A stretch of 64,000 bases of DNA from Vicinamibacterales bacterium (lineage in GTDB: Bacteria > Acidobacteriota > Vicinamibacteria > Vicinamibacterales > SCN-69-37). This document shows, piece after piece, positions 57,093 through 64,000 of the stretch. The notes under the pieces are model-generated. The model saw nothing but the letters and a program-made list of their open reading frames with translations. It did no database searches and was not told the origin of the DNA. The translations under genes and the position numbers were made by a program. Every line of letters begins with the position of its first letter. Within the stretch, counting starts at the first letter, position 1. The stretch covers positions 3,410-67,409 of the forward strand of contig JAWKHR010000034.1 of the NCBI GenBank assembly GCA_041394725.1. Direction: 5' to 3'.

Positions 57093-57669
57093 GTGCGGTC
57101 ATCATCCCGGGAGGCACACATGCACCGTGCGACGCCGGCCGGCCGGGAGTGGGCCTCCTTGCCGATCGTGCAGCTCGCGGGCCTGATCGTGCCGTTCGTG
57201 CTGCTGCGTCCGGTCACGGGCGCGCCGGTGGAGATCCTGCGCACGCGGCGCCGTCCGAGGGCCTCATCGGCGTGGCGCTCGGCTTCTGCTCGCGAACGGC
57301 CTGCTGACGATCGGCATCAGCCTGGCCACGTTCGACGTCTTCCGTCGCGTGAGCGCCGCGGCCGCGCGCTGGGTGCTTGTGGCCGCCGTCCTCATGGTGG
57401 CGACGCAGGCGCTCGACGACGCAGGTGCCGTCGCTCGTGGCGCTCAGCCGGCAGGCCGTGGGCGCCGAGGCACCGGACACAATCCTTGCGCTCGCGGTGA
57501 CGACGGCGGCGGCGCGGCGCTGGACGCACCCGACCGCGATCCTGGCCATCGACGGTGGATCCTCGTTCTACGTGGCGCTCTTCCGCGGCACCGCTGTCCC
57601 GCGCGCGGTGCTGGCGTTCGGCACGCTGACGGCGCTGCTGCACCCGGCCGGCATCCCGGTGCGCGGCCT
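57026..57669 (+). repeat. dispersed direct repeat, copy B
   Basis: See copy A. Copy B continues on both sides into contexts that look native for DUF4386 genes. Confidence 0.85.
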
Positions 57670-57790
57670 GCCGGGCTACGGCGCCATCGCCCGGATGGGG
57701 CCGCCGATGGCCCTCGGGCAGCTGGTGCTGGCGGCGTGGTTGATCTGGCGGGGTTCGGGGAGGGTGGGACCCGGCAGCCGGGTGACCACC
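57120..57790 (+). pseudogene. DUF4386-like membrane protein (repeat copy B), frameshifted; 3' end approximate
   Basis: It has the same start context as 51554 (gggaggcacacATG). The frame is lost repeatedly relative to copy A. The native-looking tail GYGAIARMGPPMALGQLVLAAWLIWRG is in ORF 57377..58636. Confidence 0.6.
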
Positions 57791-57904
57791 TGCGCGACCG
57801 GCGCGGGAGCCTCCCGTCCGTCCGCACCATTTTCCGCAGGCCACGTGAAGGCACGCTGCAGAGAGCCGCTGGAGCCTGACGGCGGCCCGCTCCAGGCCGC
57901 CGTC

Positions 57905-58572
57905 TCACCGTCCTGCCGCCCGGTCGCGCCGCGCCACGACGTCGAGCGTCACTTCCAGCGCGTCCTTCACGCGCACTGTGCCGAGCCCGGCGGTGACGGG
58001 CTCGATCCCGAAGTCCGTCTGCTTGAACCGGCACGTGCCGGTCAGGCGCAGGACGTCGCCGTCGACGGTCACCGGGCCCGTGACGTCGATCGATCGCGTC
58101 ACGCCATAGCCTCAGGTCGCCGGTCACGACGGCGTTCAGCGCCATCGGTGCCGGTGGTGGACGCGTCGTCCGGCGCCGCATCGGCCGGCCTCACATCGAC
58201 CGACGTCGAGTCGAACGAGATCATCGGATACCGCGCGACATCGAGGACCTCCGGACCGAGCATCGTCCGCTGCACCTCGGGTACGTCGTCGGGCGGCTCG
58301 CCTTCGGGATCGACGCGCAGGGCACCGGCCTCGAACGCCAGATGCACGACCGATCGCCCGGGCGCGTCGCGATCGAACGCGATCGTCCCCGACAGGCGTG
58401 GCGCGTGGATCTCGTGCGTGTGCCCGACAAAGCCAAACAGTCCGGTCTTCCCGACGAGGATCGTCACGTGGCTGGCCGCGGCGTCGATCGTCCAGGTTCC
58501 CATGGCCCGTGGCCCGGCGAAGATGGGGGCGACCAGAAGCGACGTGAACAGTGCGACGGAGCGCAGGGACAT
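57905..58572 (-). pseudogene. YceI-like periplasmic protein, frameshifted near 58100-58190
   Basis: The 5' part is ORF 58099..58572 (signal peptide, TWTIDAAASHVTILVGKTGLFGFVGHTHEI). The 3' part is ORF 57905..58102 (VTVDGDVLRLTGTCRFKQTDFGIEPV). The linking peptide ALNAVVTGDLRL sits in a third frame (ORF 57444..58181). Confidence 0.7.
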
Positions 58573-58742
58573 GAGGATCGAAGGTGCAAGACGCCTGCCA
58601 CGGCGGACGACGGCCCGTCGCCCGCCTCGCCGCTGACGACGACGGTGGGCGGCCGGCGGCGTCCATGGCGACGGACATCGAAGCTGCTCGGGGCGATGGC
58701 GGTGCGCGCTCGCGTGGAGGAGTGATCGTCGATCGAAGGGGC

Positions 58743-58819
58743 TGGCGCGCCCGGCAGGACTCGAACCTGCGACCCTCGGCTTAGAAGGCCGATGCTCTAT
58801 CCACCTGAGCTACGGGCGC
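58743..58819 (-). tRNA. tRNA-Arg (anticodon TCT), CCA encoded
   Basis: The reverse complement folds by hand into a cloverleaf: GCGCCCG-TA-GCTC-AGGTGGATA-GAGC-A-TCGGC-CTTCTAA-GCCGA-GGGTC-GCAGG-TTCGAGT-CCTGC-CGGGCGC-G-CCA. 77 nt. Confidence 0.9.
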
Positions 58820-58836
58820 GTGTGGGCATTGTACGA

Positions 58837-58867
58837 GGTCCTGAGGGTCCCCGGGCCCCGTTCGAAC
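58837..58867. repeat. copy of GGTCCTGAGG/GGGTCCC element with GTTCGAAC palindrome
   Basis: ggtcctgagggtccccgggccccgttcgaac, beginning 18 nt from the tRNA 5' end. Confidence 0.6.
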
Positions 58868-58895
58868 TTTCGCGCCGAATGCGGGATCATGACCC

Positions 58896-60545
58896 CATGC
58901 ACTCGAGCCTCGCCGAAGGGCGTGCGGCGTTCGCGCGGGAGGCGTGGGCGGAGGCGTACGCGCGGCTGGCGGAGGCCGACGGTGAGTCGCCGCTCGAGGC
59001 CGAGGATCTCGACCGGCTCGCCACGGCGGCGGTGCTCGTCGGACGCGAGGCCGAGGGGGCCGGCGCGCGGGCGCGCGCGTACCAGGCCTTCCTCGACCGC
59101 GGCGAGACGCGTCGCGCGGCACGAAGCGCCTTCTGGATGGCCTTCGCGCTGTTCGAGCGGCGCGGCCAGCAGGCGCAGGCCGGCGCGTGGATGACCCGCG
59201 CCAGACGCCTGCTCGACTCGACGCCCGGCGGCGCGACGCCGTGCGCCGAACAGGGCTTCCTGCTGTGCGCGGCCGGCCTGCAGATGATGGAGGCCGGCGA
59301 TCCCCACGGCGCGCAGGCGCACTTCGAACGCGCCGCGGCGATCGGCGCCGCCTGCGGCGATGCGGACGTCACCGCGCTCGCCCGCCAGGCCATCGGTCGC
59401 GGACTGATCCGCCAGGGCCGTGCGGCGGAGGGCTTCGCGCTCCTCGACGAAGCGATGCTCGGCGTGACGACGGGCGAAGTCGGCCCCCTCATGGCCGGCG
59501 TCGTCTACTGCAGCGTCATCAGCGCCTGCCACGACGCGTTCGACTGGCCTCGCGCGCAGGAGTGGACCAGCGCGCTCGCCGGGTGGTGCGACGCGCACCC
59601 GGACATGGTGCCGTTCCGCGGCGCCTGCCTGGTGCGCCGCTCGGAGGTGCTGCAGCTCCACGGCGACTGGCCGCACGCCCTCGACGAGGCGCGGCGGGCG
59701 TGCGACTGGCTGCGACGGCAGCCCGACCGGCCGGATCTCGGCCTCGCCCTCACGCAGCTCGCCGATCTGCACCGCCTGCGCGGCGATCTCGACGAAGCGG
59801 ACCGGACCTATCGGGCCGCGAGCCAGGCCGGCGCCCGCGTTCTGGCCGGCCTGCCCCTGCTGCGCCTCGCGCAGGGCGAAGCCGAGGCGGCGTGCGCCGC
59901 CGTCCGCCGGGCCCTCGAGGACACGCGCACGCCGCGCGCCCGCGCGCTGGTGCCGCTGCGCGTCGCCGTCGAGGTGCGGCTGCGGAGGGTGACGTCGCCG
60001 GCGCGCGCGAGGCGGTGCCGACGCGCTCGCCCGCTTCGCCGCCGAGGTGGACGCGCCCTACCTCCACGCGGCGGCCGCGACCGCCGCCGGCGCCGTCGCG
60101 CTCGAGACCGGAGACACGGGCGCCGCGCTCACCGCGCCCGAGACGCGCAGGCGCGCTGGGCCGACCTCGACGCGCCAGACGAGCTCGGCGCGTCCGCGCG
60201 CTCGTCGGCCGCGCCTGCCAGCGGATGGACGACCACGACGGCGCCGCCTCGAGTTCGACGCCGCGACCGAGATCTTCGAGCGCCTGGTCGCTGCACCCGA
60301 CAGACACGCGTCGCCGCGTGGGCCGCCGACGCCGCGCGCCCGCCGGACACCCGGGGCGACCTGACTGGCCGCGAACCGCCGAGGTCCTGCGTCTCGTGGC
60401 CACCGGGCGCACCAACCGGGCCATCGCCAGCCGACCTCGGCATCAGCGAGAAGACCGTCGCGCGGCACGTGAGCAACATTCGACAAGCTGACCTGTCCTC
60501 CCGACCGCCGCCACGGCCTACGCCTACGAGCACCGCCTCGTCTGA
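58896..60545 (+). pseudogene. LuxR-family regulator (TPR-like N-terminal region + C-terminal HTH), 3' third frameshifted
   Basis: ATG 58896 (MHSSLAEGRAAFAREAWAEAY...) is clean to about 59970. After that, AEVDAPYLHAAAATAAGAVALETGD (ORF 60047..60364), AEVLRLVATGRTNRAIA (ORF 59187..60491) and DLGISEKTVARHVSNI (ORF 58792..61779) lie in different frames. Confidence 0.75.
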
Positions 60546-60635
60546 GCGTGGGTCGAATTACCCATCCCCGCGCCTCCCCGCCTGCACAGTCCGGCCGATG
60601 CCTTCGGGCCCCCGGGTTCGCGACGATGAGGGCAG

Positions 60636-61779
60636 ATGGAGGGCCTCATGCACGACACCGGCATCACCCAGCGTATCGACACGGTCGTCATCGGCGGCGG
60701 ACAGGCGGAGTTCCTGGTCGGCTACCACCTGGCGCCGCGGCGTGCCGTTCGTGATGCTCGACGCCGCCGATCGGACGGCGACGCCTGGCGGCGGCGATGG
60801 GATTCGCTGCGCCTGTTCACGCCGGCGAAGTTCTCCGGCCCGGCTTCCCGTCTCTCGCCCCACCGAACTCGTTTCCCACGAAGGACGGAGATGGCCGACT
60901 ACCTCGAGGCCTACGCCCGCCGCTCGATTCGCCCGTCTGCTCCGCGACGCGCGTGGAACGGCTCGCGGCGCGGCGATCGCTTCCCTGGTCGTCACGGCCA
61001 CCGAGCAGCGCGACGCGGCGCGCACGTGGTCGTCGCGATGTCCGGCTACCAGCGGCCGAAGGTCCCGCCGTTCGCGCGTGAGCTCCGGCCGACATCGTCC
61101 AGATCCACTCGTCCGACTACTGGAGCCCGTCGGCGCTGCGCGCGGGCCGCGTGCTCGTCGTCGGCAGCAACTCGGGCGCGATCGCGAAGGAACTCGCACC
61201 GACACACGAGACGTGGATGGCCGGCCAGGACGTCGGCGAGATCCCGCACGACGTGGTTCGCCGGCTACGGCTCGCGCCCGTGCGGCTGACCCTGCGCGGC
61301 GTGTTCCACCGCGTCCCGACGGTCTCGACCCTGCTCGGGCGCCGCGTGCGCGCGAAGATGCTGCACGGCAGCGGCCTGCTCATCCGCACCAAGCGCCGGC
61401 ACCTCGCCGCCTCGCGCGCGTGACGATGGCGCCGCGCGTGGCGGGCGTCACGGACGGATGGCCGCGGCTCGCGGACGGCCGCGTGCTCGACGTCGCGAAC
61501 GTCGTCTGGTGCACCGGCTATCACCCGGGCTTCTCGTGGATCGACCTGCCGGTCTTCGACGCCGCCGGCGACCCGCGCCACCAGCGCGGCATCGTCCCCG
61601 GCGAGCCCGGGCTGTACTTCGTCGGCCTGCATTTTCTCTACGCGCTCTCGTCCGGGATGATCCACGGCGTGGGACGGGACGCGAGGCGGGTGGTGGAGCG
61701 CATCGTTGAGGGTCCTGAGGGTCCCAGGGCCCCAGGGTCCCAGGGTTCCAGGGTCCTCGAGGAACGGATGCGGGCGTAG
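60636..61779 (+). pseudogene. flavin-dependent (FMO/CzcO-like) NAD(P)/FAD oxidoreductase, frameshifted up to ~61420
   Basis: IDTVVIGGGQA (GxGxxG), GDAWRRRWDSLRLFTPAKFSG and MADYLEAYARR are in ORF 60636..61289. HVVVAMSGYQRPKVPPFAREL follows. The clean tail VVWCTGYHPGFSWIDLPVFD...GLYFVGLHFLYALSSGMIHGVGRDA is in ORF 58792..61779. The last ~20 codons are repeat-element sequence. Confidence 0.7.
61708..61762. repeat. copy of GGTCCTGAGG + GGGYCCCAG array element
   Basis: gagggtcctgagggtcccagggccccagggtcccagggttccagggtcctcgagg. It overlaps the 3' end of the FMO-like reading frame. Confidence 0.65.
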
Positions 61780-61897
61780 CCGGCCCGGCGGTCCGCCGCG
61801 GGCGTCGTCCACTGCTGGTCCGGCGTTTGCACCTTGGAGCGGTGATGTCGTGCGCGCGGCGGGTTCGTGGCTCGCGCGGGCACGGGAAGGAGGTGCC

Positions 61898-62389
61898 ATG
61901 ACCACGCGGAAGCGGGTCTTCGAACTGCTCGACGCCTTCGACACCGCGATGCTGGTGACGACGGCTGACGATGGGCTGCTGGAGGCACGACCGATGGAGC
62001 TCGCGGACGTCGAGGCGGACGGGCCGATCTGGCTGCTGACGTCGCGGCACTCGCGCAAGGTCGCCGAAGTCCAGGAGAGCCCGGAGGTCCTGCTCGTCTG
62101 CCAGGACGGCACGCGTCGCGCCATCTCGGTGCGCGGCCGCGCGCGGCTCGTCAGCGACCCGGCGCGGATTCGCCGCCTCTGGAGCGAGACCGAACGTCCC
62201 TGGTATCCGGGAGGACCGGACGATCCGGATCTGGCGCTGCTCGCCATCGACCCGGTGTCGGCGGAGTTCTGGGATCGATCCGGCGCGCGGCGCGCGTCGT
62301 TCCTCTGGGACGCGGCGCGCGCGTATGCCGCCGGCGAACGGCTCGACGACGCGCCGGACGGCGACCGGCACGGGCGGGGACGACTCTAG
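61898..62389 (+). CDS. pyridoxamine 5'-phosphate oxidase family protein (general stress protein 26-like)
   Basis: ORF 61706..62389 trimmed to ATG 61898 after ggaaggagg. FDTAMLVTTADDGLLEARPMEL...GPIWLLTSRHSRKVAEVQESPEVLLVCQD...AISVRGRARLVSDP. Confidence 0.8.
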   Translation: MTTRKRVFELLDAFDTAMLVTTADDGLLEARPMELADVEADGPIWLLTSRHSRKVAEVQESPEVLLVCQDGTRRAISVRGRARLVSDPARIRRLWSETERPWYPGGPDDPDLALLAIDPVSAEFWDRSGARRASFLWDAARAYAAGERLDDAPDGDRHGRGRL

Positions 62390-62904
62390 AGGGACGCGCT
62401 CCGGAGCGTCCGGAACAGGCGGGCGAAGTCGGGGGCCTGGTGGTTCGCGTTGAGGCCGCTCGGATTCGGAAGGACCCAGACGATCGTCTCGCCGATCGCA
62501 TCCGGCTGCCGGCCGATGGTCGCGTGCGGGCGGTCGAAGGCCGTGCGGTAGGCGCCGATCCCGACGACCGCGAGGATGGCGGGGCGGAAGCGGCGCACCT
62601 TGCGCTCGAGTCGCGCGCGGCCGGCGCGCAGTTCGTCCGTCGTGACCTCTGACGCCTTCGCCGTCGTGCGCGCCACCAGGTTGGTGATGCCGACGCCGTG
62701 ATCGAGCAGCTCGCGCTCCTCGTCCGGCCGCAGCCGCCGCGGCGTGAAGCCCGCGGCGTGGAGCGCGGGCCAGAACCGGTTGCCGGGCCCGGCGAAGTGA
62801 TGTCCGGTCTCGCCGGAGACCCGTCCCGGATTGATGCCGCAGAACAGCACCCGCAGGCCGGGGCCGATGACGTCGGGCACGGGGCGGGATCGCTCGGTGG
62901 GCAC
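62386..62904 (-). CDS. mug: G/U mismatch-specific DNA glycosylase (Mug/TDG family)
   Basis: C-terminal 172 aa of ORF 62386..63144, from GTG 62904. LRVLFCGINPGRVSGETGHHFAGPGNRFW and VLPNPSGLNA are the family motifs. Confidence 0.8.
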   Translation of the reverse strand: MPTERSRPVPDVIGPGLRVLFCGINPGRVSGETGHHFAGPGNRFWPALHAAGFTPRRLRPDEERELLDHGVGITNLVARTTAKASEVTTDELRAGRARLERKVRRFRPAILAVVGIGAYRTAFDRPHATIGRQPDAIGETIVWVLPNPSGLNANHQAPDFARLFRTLRSASL

Positions 62905-62976
62905 GGCGTTCCGATTATCGATGCTCCGATCCCCCGATGCGAGGCCCGGCGGCCGATTCGGCGATGGCCGATTGCA

Positions 62977-62997
62977 ATAGTCACAGTCTGTAACTAT
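62977..62997. promoter_or_regulatory. near-perfect 21-bp palindrome, candidate PadR autoregulatory operator
   Basis: ATAGTCACAGTCTGTAACTAT matches its own reverse complement at 18 of 21 positions. It overlaps the annotated PadR ATG (62996). Confidence 0.45.
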
Positions 62998-63388
62998 GAT
63001 CGGGCTCGTGCCCCGAGACCCCCAGGCGCTCCTCCCCCTCAAGCCGCTCGTGTTCCACCTCCTGGTCGCGCTGCTCGACGGCGAGCGGCACGGCTGGGCG
63101 CTGCTGCGGGCGGTCGAGGACCAGCCGGGGGCCGAGCGGCTCATGCCGGGCCAGCTCTACCGGCAGCTCGCCGCGATGCTCGACGAAGGGCTCATCGACG
63201 AGCGCGACACGCCCGGCGGCGGCCAGGCGACCGCGGAACGGGTGGGGCGCACGGGCGGCGCGGCCCCGCGGCGGTTCTTCCGCCTCACGCCGTTCGGCCG
63301 CGCGGTGACCCGCGCGGAAGCGCGGCGGCTCGAGGGCCTCGTCGCCGACACGCGCGTGCGCCGGCTGCTGTCGCGGAGGCGGTCGTGA
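62996..63388 (+). CDS. PadR family transcriptional regulator
   Basis: 130 aa. LKPLVFHLLVALLDGERHGWALLRAVE...MPGQLYRQLAAMLDEGLI...RRFFRLTPFGRAV. GTGA overlap with the downstream permease. The start could be slightly downstream. Confidence 0.85.
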   Translation: MIGLVPRDPQALLPLKPLVFHLLVALLDGERHGWALLRAVEDQPGAERLMPGQLYRQLAAMLDEGLIDERDTPGGGQATAERVGRTGGAAPRRFFRLTPFGRAVTRAEARRLEGLVADTRVRRLLSRRRS

Positions 63389-64000
63389 GCGCCGCGCCGG
63401 GCCGCGGCGAGCGCGGCGAGCGCGGCGAGCGCTTCTACCGCGGACTCCTCCGCGTCTTCCCGCCGGCCTTCCGCGCGCGCCACGCGGACGAGATGACCGC
63501 GGTGTTCCGGCGCCAGCGTGCGCGCGCCGCGGGGCGACCGCTCGCGATCGCGGCGCTCTGGGGCCGCGCCGTGCGCGACGCGGTGACGCAGGGCCTCGCG
63601 CTGCGCGCGGGCCGCACCGGCGTCACGGCCGGCCGGCGCGCGGGTCGCACCGGCGTCGCGACCGGCACCCCGGCGGGCGCCGGACGTCAGGGCGCATCGT
63701 GGCATCCGGTCGCCGACATCCGCGTCGCCGTGCGCGGGCTCCGCGCCGCGCCCGTGCCGACGCTCGTCGTCCTGGTCGCGCTCGGCCTCGGCCTGGGCGG
63801 CAACGCGGCGCTCGCGACCGTCGCGTACGACCTGCTCATCGACCCGCTCCCGTACCCGCACGCCGATCGCATCGTCCAGCCCTGGAAGATGCGGCCGTCG
63901 ATGCGCGGGCTGGCGCTCTCCCCGTCGGAATCCGACCTGGACCGCTGGCAGGACGCCCCGGGCATCGACACGCTCGTGCGGTTCGAGCCCGTGCGGGTCA
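63385..64000 (+). CDS. ADOP/MacB-like permease, 5' part (continues beyond window)
   Basis: Not in the ORF track because there is no stop. My translation from GTG 63385 stays open to 64000: VSAAPGRGERGERGERFYRGLLRVFPPAFRARHADEMTAVF...ADIRVAVRGLRAAPVPTLVVLVALGLGLGGNAALATVAYDLLIDPLPYPHADRIV. This is the typical prefix plus first TM of PadR-linked permeases. Confidence 0.75.
   Translation, partial: MSAAPGRGERGERGERFYRGLLRVFPPAFRARHADEMTAVFRRQRARAAGRPLAIAALWGRAVRDAVTQGLALRAGRTGVTAGRRAGRTGVATGTPAGAGRQGASWHPVADIRVAVRGLRAAPVPTLVVLVALGLGLGGNAALATVAYDLLIDPLPYPHADRIVQPWKMRPSMRGLALSPSESDLDRWQDAPGIDTLVRFEPVRV

Noticed and set aside
51300-61800. Prophage or integrative element at tRNA-Arg
   Set aside because: There is no integrase, recombinase, phage or conjugation gene. 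There is no duplicated tRNA 3' segment and no visible change in base composition. The content is ordinary regulators and membrane proteins.

Overview
High-GC window (about 70% by eye, not computed). Gene content looks like an Acidobacteriota chromosome: three PadR/ADOP-permease modules, an acidobacterial-type VWA protein, PEGA, a DUF1592/DUF1552 pair and two ECF-sigma plus Ser/Thr-kinase pairs. Because of the GC content the ORF track is full of long shadow ORFs, so I called genes only where the peptide looks like a real family or has credible signal or membrane features. About 45 genes look intact. They include panB-panC plus a DUF2520 reductase-like gene, a P-type ATPase, a translationally coupled sulfur module (periplasmic tandem rhodanese, split YeeE/YedE, Cys-less rhodanese), a B12 radical SAM enzyme, a multi-BON protein, a cytochrome c / PHM-like copper monooxygenase / TPR fusion, and a copper-type module (lipoprotein, LVIVD propeller, Met/His-rich multicopper oxidase, YHYH protein). 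One tRNA-Arg(TCT) is present. I saw no rRNA, CRISPR array, transposase, integrase or recognisable defence system. Three things stand out. (1) Three blocks (about 29.65-30.93 kb, 52.2-58.2 kb, 59.97-61.42 kb) have reading frames broken every 50-200 nt, and the block edges cut through genes. This is either clustered decay or local consensus error. (2) A roughly 650-bp diverged direct repeat carries a DUF4386 gene. Its intact copy sits in a chimeric junction that destroyed a PadR/ADOP module, while the native-context copy is frameshifted. (3) An interspersed GGTCCTGAGG / GGGTCCCAG octamer-repeat element recurs at gene 3' ends and beside the tRNA. The most novel-looking intact candidate is the string ECF sigma, Zn-ribbon, heme/copper monooxygenase fusion and coupled unknown protein at 21.0-25.4 kb. 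All functional calls rest on my recognition of motifs in the translations; no searches were run.
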